Positions 8,939 to 18,962 are shown, numbered from the stretch's first letter. The stretch: 59,532 nt of DNA from a virus (IMGVR_UViG_3300029479_000004:1-59532), one strand, 5' to 3'. A program made the numbers and translations. The notes: a model not told the origin generated them from the sequence alone.

Positions 8939-10251
8939 CAGAAGCAGAATTCGGAGTGATCGGGTGCGTACTGATTGACAATGATGTGCTAAATAACATC
9001 TGGAGAACGCTGAAACCGGAAATGTTTAGTTCTGATTTCGCGCAGGACGCATACAAGGAAATGCTTGCCATGTATGACCGGAATGAAAGCATTGACCCAA
9101 TGTCTTTATCAATGGCACTTGAGAATCACAAACACACCCAGGAACAGATTAGTGAATTGATGAAATCCTGTATTACCGGAACAATCACTTCAACCATGGT
9201 TAAAAGTTATGCCGATGCGGTTGTGAAAGAATACAAAGTAAGAACGGTTCGTGACATGTATCAGAAATCCAGCTTAAAGCCATGTGACATTGATGATACA
9301 ATCAGCGATCTTCTTACAAAACTTGAACATTTGCAAGAGGGAAAAGAAGTAAAGCTAAAGCCAATTAAGGAGATTGTTGGTGAGAATAAGGACAAGTATT
9401 TCAACGAAAGTGTTGGAGAGGGCGGTATAAGAATCGGGTTGTCGCAACTTGACGATGCGCTTGGAGACCTTGAACGTGGTGATGTAACAGTAATTGCCGC
9501 AAGACCGGCAGTTGGAAAATCCGCACTCACAACGCAGATTATTGGGAATATGGCAAAAAAGGGACTTAAAGTCGCATATTTTAACTTGGAGATGATCGAT
9601 AAACAGGTGTATGAGCGATTTATTTCAAGACTTACGGAAATCGGCTTAACAAGAATCAGAAGGGCAAAGGCTTTTCTTGGAGATGAACAGGAAAAATTTA
9701 ACCGAGCAAATGAAGAAATGAGTAATTATCAATTATGGGTTGCGTCCGGCACTGTATCTCCGAGAGAGATAAAGTCGGAATGCAGGCACCAAAACTTTGA
9801 CGTTATCGTTGTTGACTATCTGCAATTGCTTATGCCGGATAACAGATATTCCGGAAGAAATGAAGAAGTAGCATCAATTTCAAGAGGTTTAAAATCGGTT
9901 GCAAGAGACTTAAATACACATGTGATAGCACTTTCACAGATAACAAGAGCTTCCGAAAGCAGAGACACAAAAGAGCCTACCATGGCAGAGTTGAGGGAAT
10001 CCGGGGCAATCGAACAGGATGCGTCAAACATAATTATGCTGTGGAATCTGTCAGACAATGACAAGGGGGCCAAGGGCGCAAAAATCGAAAAGAACAGACA
10101 GGGAATGACAATGCGTGAAGCAATGGAGTTTGATGGAGATCACATGAAGTTTGTTGAAATCGACAAACCACTTGATGATGTTGTTGCGGAAATCAAAAAG
10201 AAAGAACGTGGGGACGGATTCAAGCCATACAATGGCAATTGTCCGTTTTAG
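8935..10251 (+). CDS. dnaB: replicative DNA helicase, DnaB family
   Basis: Walker A AARPAVGKSALT, Walker B VVVDYLQLL, and SQITR...ELRESGAIEQDA. Confidence 0.85.
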   Translation: MTEAEFGVIGCVLIDNDVLNNIWRTLKPEMFSSDFAQDAYKEMLAMYDRNESIDPMSLSMALENHKHTQEQISELMKSCITGTITSTMVKSYADAVVKEYKVRTVRDMYQKSSLKPCDIDDTISDLLTKLEHLQEGKEVKLKPIKEIVGENKDKYFNESVGEGGIRIGLSQLDDALGDLERGDVTVIAARPAVGKSALTTQIIGNMAKKGLKVAYFNLEMIDKQVYERFISRLTEIGLTRIRRAKAFLGDEQEKFNRANEEMSNYQLWVASGTVSPREIKSECRHQNFDVIVVDYLQLLMPDNRYSGRNEEVASISRGLKSVARDLNTHVIALSQITRASESRDTKEPTMAELRESGAIEQDASNIIMLWNLSDNDKGAKGAKIEKNRQGMTMREAMEFDGDHMKFVEIDKPLDDVVAEIKKKERGDGFKPYNGNCPF

Positions 10252-10262
10252 GGGTAGCAGCT

Positions 10263-10520
10263 ATGGCAAGTGCAAAGATCGAAAAGGGTTCGGAAGAATG
10301 GCAGGTATTTATGGATTATTGGAAGCTTATCCAAGACTACTACGCGCCGGATAATGACGATGCATGGTGGCAGGAAGTGATGAAAGCCGGGGAAGAACTG
10401 ATAAATAAATACAAAGGCATGGAAATTGAAGAACGCGCAAGACAGCTTGTATTAAGTCATTTTGCATGGTTGGAAATTACATACAGAAAGGGCAAAAATG
10501 TCGGAACAAAGATTGTATGA
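10263..10520 (+). CDS. hypothetical protein
   Basis: ORF in series with the replication genes. The ATG at 10263 lies after the dnaB stop. Confidence 0.45.
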   Translation: MASAKIEKGSEEWQVFMDYWKLIQDYYAPDNDDAWWQEVMKAGEELINKYKGMEIEERARQLVLSHFAWLEITYRKGKNVGTKIV

Positions 10521-10773
10521 GATTGTTAATCTCAAAACAGGGCAGGTATACAACCGGGTGAAAAGCAACGAGGTAAGAATGGTGATCGGGTTGCCAAGAC
10601 ATATTCAAATCGGTCAAGTTGCAAATTCCAAGGATAAAACATACAAAAACTGGTATGTTCAAATACTTGGCGATCGGTGCGAAAGAGTCTTTCGGAAATC
10701 AAAAATTTACCCATTTACGAAAAAGACGTACAAGCAGTGGGAAAATCTGAATCGGAGGTATTCGCAGGTATGA
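10498..10773 (+). CDS. hypothetical protein
   Basis: ATG with GAAAGGG RBS. Its stop overlaps the next start (ATGA). Confidence 0.45.
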   Translation: MSEQRLYEIVNLKTGQVYNRVKSNEVRMVIGLPRHIQIGQVANSKDKTYKNWYVQILGDRCERVFRKSKIYPFTKKTYKQWENLNRRYSQV

Positions 10774-11369
10774 GCAATGCATTAAAGAGAAAAAGTAATA
10801 AAAATCTGTTTTTTACAAAGCAGGACACGAAGATTATTGGCAGAAATAGCTTCGAAAAGCGAAATTCTGATGCGGTTATCACAAGATCATACAAAGAGTT
10901 CGTCGTGATCGGCTATATTATCCTGCACGACAAATTCGGATTCGGGCAGAAACGCATTGTGCGATTGCAGAAATTATTGAAACAGTATTTAGATGTCGCG
11001 TCTGCCGGTGGTGAGAATGGGAGAGATTTATCCGCAATGATGAAACAGAAATATGAAATTGACGTTCAAGAGAAAGTGAGAAGTGTGCCGCAAAGACAGC
11101 TTATGATCTTGTACGCAAAGAAAGGATTCTGCATCGAGCGAGAAGCCTACAGACTTTCCAGCGCGTCATTGTTTAACTATTTTGCACTCACGCTTACGAT
11201 TCTGAAAAAGGAATTTAAGCTGTCTGTGAAGCAGTTACAGCAGTTCACGGACAAGTCTATTGATTATATTGATACGTTAGCTAATTATAAGCAGTTTCAG
11301 TTGACGGTTCCTATGATAGCTGAAACGTTAGCTGATGAGATTAAGTTTGTATGTGATTTGGAGGTGTGA
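10770..11369 (+). CDS. hypothetical protein
   Basis: GGAGG RBS and ATGA coupling to the upstream ORF. Confidence 0.5.
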   Translation: MSNALKRKSNKNLFFTKQDTKIIGRNSFEKRNSDAVITRSYKEFVVIGYIILHDKFGFGQKRIVRLQKLLKQYLDVASAGGENGRDLSAMMKQKYEIDVQEKVRSVPQRQLMILYAKKGFCIEREAYRLSSASLFNYFALTLTILKKEFKLSVKQLQQFTDKSIDYIDTLANYKQFQLTVPMIAETLADEIKFVCDLEV

Positions 11370-11761
11370 ATATGCTGAACAGAGAGAAATACGCAAAAGA
11401 AATTTTAGATATTGCGTGTAAGGGAGATAAAATTGCAGTTCGCAACGGGAAAATGACTTCTTGTGACAATCTTCTTTGCAAAGATTGTGATTTCGGTTAT
11501 TCAGATTGTAATGAAAAAATACTGAAATGGGCGAACAGCGAATATATCGAGCCACCTGTTGATTGGAGTAAGGTTGCAGTCGATACGCCGATTTTAGTAA
11601 GAAATAGTGAAAAAAATGCGTGGAAAAAAAGATATTTTGCAAAATACGAGAACGGAATAGTGTACGCATGGGGATACGGAGCAACATCTTGGAGTGCATA
11701 CGGGAGTGACAATATAATCGATTGGGAAATGGCAAAGCTAGCAGAAAGAGAGGATGTGTAG
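11366..11761 (+). CDS. hypothetical protein
   Basis: 131-aa ORF whose start overlaps the upstream stop. Confidence 0.5.
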   Translation: MNMLNREKYAKEILDIACKGDKIAVRNGKMTSCDNLLCKDCDFGYSDCNEKILKWANSEYIEPPVDWSKVAVDTPILVRNSEKNAWKKRYFAKYENGIVYAWGYGATSWSAYGSDNIIDWEMAKLAEREDV

Positions 11762-11875
11762 AAATGGGAGTTTTGCTTGCATTATCAACCTTATTTATAT
11801 GGGGTCGGCTGGTTAATATTGATTGCGACCTAAAAGATATCAGCGAAGAACTGAAAAAGATGAACGAAAGGAAAA

Positions 11876-12337
11876 ATGATGGAAGATAGATACTTATTCA
11901 AGGCAAAAACCGGTAATGGATATTGGACTATAGGATTTTTACGTTGCAAAGATAATAAATGGTATATAAACAATGCAGGCTCACCATTTGCATATGAAGT
12001 AAGACCAGATACAATCTGCCAATGCACAGGCTTAAAAGACAAGAACGGCAAACTGATCTGGGAGAATGATATTGTTGACTTCTTAGGGCATAAAGGGACT
12101 GTCGTATTTGAATGTGGCAGTTTTGGCATTGCATATAAAACACCTATAGATTGGAATGGAATAGAAGCAAATATTAAGCCAATAACCGGTTGCGATAATC
12201 GTTTATATGTTTGCGAAAATGATAATTATATATCATTGTGGGAAATCTATTGGAATTTTAATGATGAGGATGATTCGGTAAACACAGTAGAGGTTATCGG
12301 CAACATCTTTGACAATCCGGAATTGTTGGAGGTGTAG
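11876..12337 (+). CDS. YopX family protein
   Basis: Motifs IWENDIV..., GTVVFECGSFGI... and the C-terminal VEVIGNIFDNPELLE signature. Confidence 0.8.
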   Translation: MMEDRYLFKAKTGNGYWTIGFLRCKDNKWYINNAGSPFAYEVRPDTICQCTGLKDKNGKLIWENDIVDFLGHKGTVVFECGSFGIAYKTPIDWNGIEANIKPITGCDNRLYVCENDNYISLWEIYWNFNDEDDSVNTVEVIGNIFDNPELLEV

Positions 12338-12339
12338 GC

Positions 12340-12663
12340 ATGACGGAGAATGAAGCAATCGAATTTATGAAAAGATATTTAGATGCTGATTGCTATACAG
12401 ATAAATGCGTAAATGCGCACAATATGGCAATCAATGCACTTGAAGAAGTACAGCAGTACCGAGCAATCGGAATGGTGGAAGAATGCCGGGCGGCTGTGGA
12501 ACGTCAGAATCCGAGAGCTGCTATTACTGAAAAAGAAGATAATGGGATTAAAAAATATACATGTTATGCATGCGGTAGGTACATGGGTTGGTCAACTGGA
12601 ACACTTCCTGCTCGTTATTGCTGGAAATGTGGTCAGAAATTGGATTGGGGTGATGAAGAATGA
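12340..12663 (+). CDS. hypothetical protein with C-terminal zinc ribbon
   Basis: Motif CYACG...CWKCG. Confidence 0.5.
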   Translation: MTENEAIEFMKRYLDADCYTDKCVNAHNMAINALEEVQQYRAIGMVEECRAAVERQNPRAAITEKEDNGIKKYTCYACGRYMGWSTGTLPARYCWKCGQKLDWGDEE

Positions 12664-12824
12664 TTTTTCAATCGTACATAAATTTCTTTCTACTAATCCT
12701 TATAGCCATTAGGTTAGATATTCTAACAAAATTTGGAGTCAATCTTTTTTGCGTTCTGTCAGTTGTAGCGATGATTGGACATGAGATTTTTGATTGTTTG
12801 AAAAAAGGAGATAAAAAACGATGA
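12660..12824 (+). CDS. small membrane protein (54 aa, 2 TM)
   Basis: ATGA overlaps at both ends (12660 and 12821). Hydrophobic sequence; read manually. Confidence 0.4.
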   Translation: MIFQSYINFFLLILIAIRLDILTKFGVNLFCVLSVVAMIGHEIFDCLKKGDKKR

Positions 12825-13117
12825 GACTGATTGATGCAGATGCACTAAAAGAATATTGCATGCGTGCGAGTAAATCTGATGATGATTTTAGGAGAGTAAG
12901 TTTGGCAACATTGGCGAGCGTGGTAGATGCACAGCCGATTGCCTACGATCCGGACAAGGTTGTAGAAAAACTGGAAAAGAGACGAATGGACGCATTAAGG
13001 CATCTTCGGGAAAATAAGGGGACAGAATTCGGATACGCATCTGAATGTGCGTATAATGCTTTGAATGAAGCAGTTGAAATCGTGAAAGGCGGTGGAGTGA
13101 ATGAAATGGAAGAATAA
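12821..13117 (+). CDS. hypothetical protein
   Basis: 98-aa ORF with RBS AAAGGAG. Confidence 0.5.
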   Translation: MRLIDADALKEYCMRASKSDDDFRRVSLATLASVVDAQPIAYDPDKVVEKLEKRRMDALRHLRENKGTEFGYASECAYNALNEAVEIVKGGGVNEMEE

Positions 13118-13280
13118 AGCAGTAACAAAAATAACAGGTATTTCGTTAAGCTCAAGCGTCAGAGAACTTGCAATGGCGATAAATCATAATGCAGAAGTCT
13201 TGAGAGAAGCAGTGCAGAAGATAGAAGAATTGAGCGATAAAGTTGATCGACTAAAGGCGGGTGAAGCGGATGCCAATTAA
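13101..13280 (+). CDS. small hypothetical protein (59 aa)
   Basis: Fills the 13118..13269 gap. Weak RBS spacing. Confidence 0.25.
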   Translation: MKWKNKAVTKITGISLSSSVRELAMAINHNAEVLREAVQKIEELSDKVDRLKAGEADAN

Positions 13281-13890
13281 ACCGATTTTATTCAATACTG
13301 AGATGGTTCGAGCGATTCTGGACGGAAGAAAGAGTTGTACGAGGAGAATCAATAAAGATGCCAATGATTATGTTGTGCCGGATATGGATTTTTATGATTC
13401 TGATAAACGTACTTACGCAGTGCATAATTATTCAGACAAAGAACACAAAGATAAGTTAAGCATAGCAGAACGTACCTGTCCGATATGCCCGGGCGATATA
13501 TTGTACGTGAGAGAATCGTATTCGGAATTGTCCTTTGGATATGTATATAAGGCAGACGGGGAGAATATTGACCATCTTGGAAATGTGATTAAGTGGCACC
13601 CGTCCATCCACATGCCAAAAGAAGCGGCACGTATCTGGCTTAAGGTTACGAATGTGAGAGTGGAGCGGTTACAGCAGATTACGGAAGTCGGCATACGGAA
13701 AGAAGGAATTGAGGTAGATCCGAAGGAATGCGTTGGTAAATTTGATTTCATCTCTGAATTGTTTTTCTTATTTCAGAGATTGTGGGATTCTACCATCAAG
13801 AAATCAGACCTTGACCGCTACGGTTGGAGTGCAAATCCGTTGGTTTGGATTATCGAATTTGAACGGTGCGAGAAGCCGGAGGGAGTGTGA
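13270..13890 (+). CDS. ASCH/PUA-like domain protein
   Basis: N-terminal MPIKPILFNTEMVRAILDGRKSCTRR, typical of phage ASCH-domain proteins. Confidence 0.5.
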   Translation: MPIKPILFNTEMVRAILDGRKSCTRRINKDANDYVVPDMDFYDSDKRTYAVHNYSDKEHKDKLSIAERTCPICPGDILYVRESYSELSFGYVYKADGENIDHLGNVIKWHPSIHMPKEAARIWLKVTNVRVERLQQITEVGIRKEGIEVDPKECVGKFDFISELFFLFQRLWDSTIKKSDLDRYGWSANPLVWIIEFERCEKPEGV

Positions 13891-13893
13891 AGT

Positions 13894-14187
13894 ATGACTG
13901 AACTTGAATGGAAAGAAGTCGAACCAGAGCAGGAAGACTGGAAGAAACAAATTGATGTAGTTGCCTATTACGGAGATCTCGTCATAGGAAGCATTGTTTA
14001 TTGTGGTGAAGAAATTGGATGGAAGTCTGTCATTGATGGGCACATGGATTTTTTACAGGCAGAATCTCTGGAAGATGCGAAAGAAGAAATGATTGATGCG
14101 TTAGATAATCATTTCACAGACCAAATCAATTATTACAAAGAATTGCAGGAAAGCCTTGACGAATTAAGGGGGAATGAAAATGCCTAA
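13894..14187 (+). CDS. hypothetical acidic protein
   Basis: 97-aa ORF. Confidence 0.45.
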   Translation: MTELEWKEVEPEQEDWKKQIDVVAYYGDLVIGSIVYCGEEIGWKSVIDGHMDFLQAESLEDAKEEMIDALDNHFTDQINYYKELQESLDELRGNENA

Positions 14188-14449
14188 AGCAGTATTGGTA
14201 ATGGATATGCCGGAACAGGTATGCCAGAAATGCACATTGTGCTATGAGACAGAGAATGATGACGAATATCTGTGCTGTGCGACAGGAAAACTTTTGCCAG
14301 ACGGAGAAAAGCCGGAGTGGTGTCCGCTCCGAGAATTGCCGGAGAAGGTGGAAGAACTTCCATCTGAAAAATATGAATTTGGGAGTCTGGGGATGGCATT
14401 TGCGGCAGGCTTTAATGTGTGCTTAGAGAAGATTTTAGGAAAGGAATAA
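14174..14449 (+). CDS. hypothetical Cys-containing protein
   Basis: 91-aa ORF with CQKCTLC...CC...WCP. Confidence 0.45.
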   Translation: MKMPKAVLVMDMPEQVCQKCTLCYETENDDEYLCCATGKLLPDGEKPEWCPLRELPEKVEELPSEKYEFGSLGMAFAAGFNVCLEKILGKE

Positions 14450-14516
14450 CGAATCCTCGGTAAACCGAGGTTGCAACTTAAAGGTTTATGGATTTATTGA
14501 AAGTAGGTGAGAGCGA

Positions 14517-15011
14517 ATGAGTGGTGGAAGTTGGAATTATTTGTATTGTAAAGATGTTGACGAGCTTATGAATGGTTCGTCAGTAGAAACATTGCAAGAT
14601 ATGGTTGACAGATTGAACAGTGCAGGTTTTGAAGATGTGGCTAAAGATACACAAAGATTAGTTGAGTATATCAAGTCGGCAAGTATACGAATAGAAACAC
14701 TTTTTGAAGCACTTAGTCCTGTATTTAAGGCTGTTGAATGGTTTGATAGCGGAGATTGGGGCAAAGAAGCTCTGAATAATGAGGTGCTTAAATATCGAAA
14801 GTCTAATATTGATAGTTATGACAAAGCTGTTGATGATTTGACCGCTAACATCATTGAGCGTTTTTCCGGAATGGCTATGTCAAGCGGGTTACCAACCGAG
14901 GGCGCAACTTGGGAAAATGCCATAAGACAAGTAAAGCAGATAGCAGAAAAGCTGAAAGGAGCGAAGCAGAATGAAGATTTTAAGCAAGAAGAAATACAAC
15001 AAACTCATTGA
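14517..15011 (+). CDS. hypothetical protein
   Basis: 164-aa ORF with RBS GGTGAG. Confidence 0.5.
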   Translation: MSGGSWNYLYCKDVDELMNGSSVETLQDMVDRLNSAGFEDVAKDTQRLVEYIKSASIRIETLFEALSPVFKAVEWFDSGDWGKEALNNEVLKYRKSNIDSYDKAVDDLTANIIERFSGMAMSSGLPTEGATWENAIRQVKQIAEKLKGAKQNEDFKQEEIQQTH

Positions 15012-15246
15012 AGATTTTGAGGAATTGCAAAAAAAGGTCGAGGAACTCAAAAGGATAAATGAAAGCCTTGGGAAAAAGTTAGAGGATAAAAAGACGAGTT
15101 GCAAGCTGAATAGTGGTAAGGATTTCTGCTTTAAATGCGAAAACTCTTACAGATACAAGACATATTGGGGAGGGATGGAAACCGAAAAATGCGGTTGTTT
15201 GCTTGATGTGCCTTGTGAGGATTTTAAGAGAAAAGAAAGCGAGTGA
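14971..15246 (+). CDS. hypothetical protein (coiled-coil plus Cys cluster)
   Basis: 91-aa ORF. Confidence 0.4.
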   Translation: MKILSKKKYNKLIEDFEELQKKVEELKRINESLGKKLEDKKTSCKLNSGKDFCFKCENSYRYKTYWGGMETEKCGCLLDVPCEDFKRKESE

Positions 15247-15252
15247 TTCAGA

Positions 15253-15426
15253 ATGAGTGACAATGTAGAGATAGTAATAGCACAGGCTTTAATGATGAGA
15301 ATTAAAGATTATGCAGAAAGAGCCTTGGATAAAAAAGATGTAACACTTGATATGGCTATGGTTGAAATACGCGATACGGTTGACGCTTATGACGAGTATT
15401 TTCAGACAGGCAGAAAGCCCCAGTAA
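15253..15426 (+). CDS. small hypothetical protein (57 aa)
   Basis: Read manually; follows the previous stop by 6 nt. Confidence 0.3.
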   Translation: MSDNVEIVIAQALMMRIKDYAERALDKKDVTLDMAMVEIRDTVDAYDEYFQTGRKPQ

Positions 15427-15495
15427 TTAACTAAAAATCAAAGAAAGGAATAGGTTGTGCGCACATAAAACCGAGGTTTCCTTTTGGTAAGAAAA

Positions 15496-16335
15496 ATGAA
15501 AAAGAAGTTAAAATGTGAGATTTATCGAGATTCTATGCAGAATTACAAAAAGTATGCGATCCCTCCTGCACAACTTATTATTGCAGACGTTCCGTATAAT
15601 GTCGGGAACAATTTCTACGGCAGTAACCCTATGTGGTATAACGGTGGCGATAACAAGAATGGAGAAAGCAAACTTGCGAAAAAGGCGGCTTTCAATTCGG
15701 ATTTTAACTTTAACTTGTATGAATACTTCCATTTTTGTTCAAAGATGTTGAAAAAAGAGGACACAAAGCCTATTGCAAGGGGCAGAAGCAGTAATAGCCC
15801 TTGTATGATTGTGTTTTGTGCATTTGAGCAGTTGTCAACATTGATTGCGTCGGCGAAAAAACATGGATTCGTTAATTACATACCGCTTGTATTCTGTAAA
15901 AATTACAGTCCACAGGTACTTAAAGCTAATATGCGTATCGTAGGTGCTACGGAATATGCACTCGTACTGTACCGAAATAAGTTACCGAAATTCAGAAACG
16001 GCTTGCAGATTGATGAAAACGGAAAGAATATCAGAGGTACAGGACACATGATTTTCAATTGGTTTACTTGGGAGAAAGACGGAAAAGATATACCGAAGAT
16101 TCATCCAACGCAAAAGCCGGTAGCAGTCCTTAAAAAGCTGATTGAGATTTTTACAGACGAGGGAGACGTTATTATTGACCCTTGTTGCGGTAGCGGTAGC
16201 ACGCTAAGAGCCGCCGCAGAGCTTGGCAGAAGTGCATACGGATTCGAGATTGACAGAAACTTTTACGAGCGCGCAAAGAATGAAATGCTTGTATTTGAAA
16301 ATGATGAGCAAATGGATTTATCAGATTATATTTAA
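15496..16335 (+). CDS. beta-class DNA methyltransferase (N6-adenine/N4-cytosine type), orphan
   Basis: Motif IV-like IIADVPYN precedes motif I DPCCGSGST. PTQKPV segment present. No nearby restriction gene. Confidence 0.75.
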   Translation: MKKKLKCEIYRDSMQNYKKYAIPPAQLIIADVPYNVGNNFYGSNPMWYNGGDNKNGESKLAKKAAFNSDFNFNLYEYFHFCSKMLKKEDTKPIARGRSSNSPCMIVFCAFEQLSTLIASAKKHGFVNYIPLVFCKNYSPQVLKANMRIVGATEYALVLYRNKLPKFRNGLQIDENGKNIRGTGHMIFNWFTWEKDGKDIPKIHPTQKPVAVLKKLIEIFTDEGDVIIDPCCGSGSTLRAAAELGRSAYGFEIDRNFYERAKNEMLVFENDEQMDLSDYI

Positions 16336-16577
16336 TGGAGAAATGGCTTATGAAATTTACAAAATTCATTAAGCCAGAACTTGAACAAATCAAAGAAAAT
16401 GCCAATTTCACGGAAGAAGAGGAGAGAATTTTCTCTCTTCTCTGCCGTGGTTTTTCACAAAAGCAAATATCCACAAAAGAAAATCTATCACTAAGAACGA
16501 TAGAGTACAGAGTGAGAGATATAAAAGATAAAATAGAAAGAACGGGGGTATTTGATTGGATGAAAAAGAACTGTTGA
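16335..16577 (+). CDS. LuxR/sigma-70 region-4-like HTH regulator
   Basis: LTEEEERIFSLLCRGFSQKQISTKENLSLRTIEYRVRDIKDKI. Confidence 0.5.
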   Translation: MEKWLMKFTKFIKPELEQIKENANFTEEEERIFSLLCRGFSQKQISTKENLSLRTIEYRVRDIKDKIERTGVFDWMKKNC

Positions 16578-17752
16578 AATATGCCGTTGATAGTGGTATT
16601 CTCGACATAGCACTTGTGCAGAAACAAGTTACTATGCAAAAGAGAGAAAAATTACTCAACAAAAACCCTTATAAAATCTATCAAGGAAAGGATGAGAACT
16701 GGTACTCATATCTGCCGGATGAAGTAAAAGGCAGACGTAAAATCAAGGCAAAGCGCAGAGAAGCGGTCGAGCAGAAAATCATTGATTATTGGAAAGAGAG
16801 AGAAGATGACCCCACGATAGAGGAAATCTTCAACCGTTGGATTTCACAAAAGCTGGAACTTGAAGAAATCAGCAGGGCAACCTATGACAGATACCTAATG
16901 GATTTTCAAAGATACTTTGACGGTATCAAGGATAAGAAAATCAAAGGTGTAGACGAATGCGACCTTGAAACGTTTATACGAAATAGCATCCATGATTTCG
17001 ACATGACTTCCAAGGCGTTCTCAAACTTCCGAACGCTGATTTACGGAATCTTTAAGTATGCCAAACGGAAGAAGTATGTCAAGTTTTCCATTACATACAC
17101 GCTGAAAGACATGGATATATCGCCAAAAGCGTTTAAGCACGTAGTCCGAAAGGCAAAAGACCAAGTATATATGCCGGATGAAAAGGAACGCATGGAGATG
17201 TACCTTAGAAATCACTTAGATATCGTAAACCTTGGATTGCTATTTATGTTTAAGACAGGAGTCCGTGTCGGGGAATTGTCGGCATTAAAGCGGAAAGATG
17301 TTGAAAACTACACGGTTGCGATCAATTCTACAGAAACACGCTATCGTGATGATGATGGTTTTCACTATGAGGTCAAAGATTTTCCGAAATCAGAAGCCGG
17401 ATTGCGATTTGCCATATTGCCGGATAAGTACAAATGGATTCTTGATGAAGTACGAAAGAGAAATCCCTTCGGGCAATATCTATTTGAGAGAGACGGAGAA
17501 CGGTTGAAATCCTACAACTTTCGTGAACGTTTGCGGTATATCTGCGAACATGAATTGAGAATGAAAGTGAAATCTCCGCACAAAATCCGAAAGACATACG
17601 GAAGTATCTTGCTTGACGGAAAAGTGAAAGAGTCCACAATCCTTGATACCATGGGGCATACAGACATTAGTTGCACAAAAGATCATTATTATTTTGATCG
17701 TACCGGAATTGAGGAAAAGAGACAGGAACTTGACTTAATCGAAGCATTATGA
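16556..17752 (+). CDS. int: tyrosine recombinase (phage integrase family)
   Basis: Arg box GVRVGELSAL, HKIRKTYGS (HxxR) and MGHTDISCTKDHYY (catalytic Tyr region). TTG start after GGGGG. Confidence 0.85.
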   Translation: MDEKELLKYAVDSGILDIALVQKQVTMQKREKLLNKNPYKIYQGKDENWYSYLPDEVKGRRKIKAKRREAVEQKIIDYWKEREDDPTIEEIFNRWISQKLELEEISRATYDRYLMDFQRYFDGIKDKKIKGVDECDLETFIRNSIHDFDMTSKAFSNFRTLIYGIFKYAKRKKYVKFSITYTLKDMDISPKAFKHVVRKAKDQVYMPDEKERMEMYLRNHLDIVNLGLLFMFKTGVRVGELSALKRKDVENYTVAINSTETRYRDDDGFHYEVKDFPKSEAGLRFAILPDKYKWILDEVRKRNPFGQYLFERDGERLKSYNFRERLRYICEHELRMKVKSPHKIRKTYGSILLDGKVKESTILDTMGHTDISCTKDHYYFDRTGIEEKRQELDLIEAL

Positions 17753-17759
17753 GTCCCTA

Positions 17760-17920
17760 GTACTCAAAAGTACTCAAAGAAAAATTGAAAGAATGGCTAT
17801 TTTAAGCCATTTCAAGACAATTACTCTAGGGTTCGATTCCCGTACGGACTGTTTTAAAAGTCGCATAAACACTGTGTTTGCGGCGTCTTAAGAAAATTGG
17901 TACTCAAAATGGTACTCAAA
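17760..17920. other. putative attP: tRNA T-arm-like core flanked by four GTACTCAAA arm-type repeats
   Basis: GTACTCAAA at 17760, 17770, 17900 and 17912. GGGTTCGATTCCC at 17829..17841. Immediately downstream of int. Confidence 0.5.
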
Positions 17921-17986
17921 AACTGAACACAAAAGAAAGGAGTCTGCACAAGCGCTTAAGATTCTTTTCTATAAATGGTAGGCTTG

Positions 17987-18010
17987 GAACGCTTGGGGCG
18001 TTCTTTTTTT
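17987..18010 (+). terminator. rho-independent terminator
   Basis: GAACGC-TTGGG-GCGTTC followed by T7. Confidence 0.7.
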
Positions 18011-18087
18011 ATGCGGTTTTTCTGCTTATTTTTTGCGGAAGAACCGTATTTTTTTATGCAAAAATATAAGCATAGGAGGGATGCGGA

Positions 18088-18240
18088 ATGTTATTTACGG
18101 ATGAAATTCTTGAAAAAATTTTAACAAGAGAAGATGTGTCGAAGGTTCCGCTCGTGTATCAGTCAGCAATGATTCACGCAATCAAGGAAGTATTGGAGGA
18201 AGAGAATGTATCAGATGCAAAATCAGAATATGGCATTTAA
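18088..18240 (+). CDS. small hypothetical protein (50 aa)
   Basis: GGAGGG RBS 7 nt upstream. Overlaps the next ORF by 35 nt. Confidence 0.35.
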   Translation: MLFTDEILEKILTREDVSKVPLVYQSAMIHAIKEVLEEENVSDAKSEYGI

Positions 18241-18682
18241 CCCAAACCCAAGCTATGCCGCTTATCAATACAACCCAATGCAAAGGTTTCAACAACCAGA
18301 GCCACAGATTCCGCAGATGCAACCGCAGTTTCTTGGAATCCAAGGAAAAGTAGTGCAGTCGGAGTCAGCAATCATGGCAAATGATGTGCCTATGGATGGA
18401 AGTGTTGCGTTCTTCCCGATGCAGGACATGAGCGCAATCGTAGCGAAACAATGGGATGCCAATGGAACAATCAGAAAGACCGTTTACAAGCCTTTTAATG
18501 AGCAGATGGCAGATTCTTCAAGTGAAGATAAAAGAATCGAAATAGGGCTATCTGATGATGCGGCAAAGGCTATTACTGACAAATTGGATTGCTTGTTTGG
18601 AAAGATGGAAGAGTTGGAAGATAAGTTGTCTTCGCAAACGCAAAGAAAATCTTCACGAACACAAAAGGAGAGTGAGTCTTAA
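18206..18682 (+). CDS. Gln/Pro/Met-rich protein, unknown function
   Basis: Strong RBS GGAGGAAGAGA. N-terminus MYQMQNQNMAFNPNPSYAAYQYNPMQRFQQPEPQIPQMQPQ. Confidence 0.6.
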   Translation: MYQMQNQNMAFNPNPSYAAYQYNPMQRFQQPEPQIPQMQPQFLGIQGKVVQSESAIMANDVPMDGSVAFFPMQDMSAIVAKQWDANGTIRKTVYKPFNEQMADSSSEDKRIEIGLSDDAAKAITDKLDCLFGKMEELEDKLSSQTQRKSSRTQKESES

Positions 18683-18909
18683 TGAATCCTATGCAGATGT
18701 TACAGGGAATGAGAAACCCACAGCAGTTTTTACAACAAATGATGGGGAACAACAGCGTAATGAGCAACCCTATGGCGCGCAATGCTATGCAAATGGCACA
18801 GAAGGGAGATTCCAAAGGCATTGAGCAGATGGCTAGGAATTTGTGCAAAGAAAAGGGAATTGACGCAGATAAGGCTTTTGAGTCGTTTAAAAGCCAATTA
18901 GGAATGTGA
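18682..18909 (+). CDS. Met/Gln/Asn-rich small protein
   Basis: 75 aa, MNPMQMLQGMRNPQQFLQQMMGNNSVMSNPMARNAMQMAQ. Start overlaps the upstream stop. Confidence 0.55.
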   Translation: MNPMQMLQGMRNPQQFLQQMMGNNSVMSNPMARNAMQMAQKGDSKGIEQMARNLCKEKGIDADKAFESFKSQLGM

Positions 18910-18962
18910 TACTAATTCTTGCAAGATTATGTATATAAAAATGAATTATGGAGGTAAATTCT

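Noticed and set aside
17878-18069. 63-aa plus-strand ORF after the integrase
   Set aside because: It overlaps the attP arm repeats and an intrinsic terminator. It has no RBS and an implausible composition.
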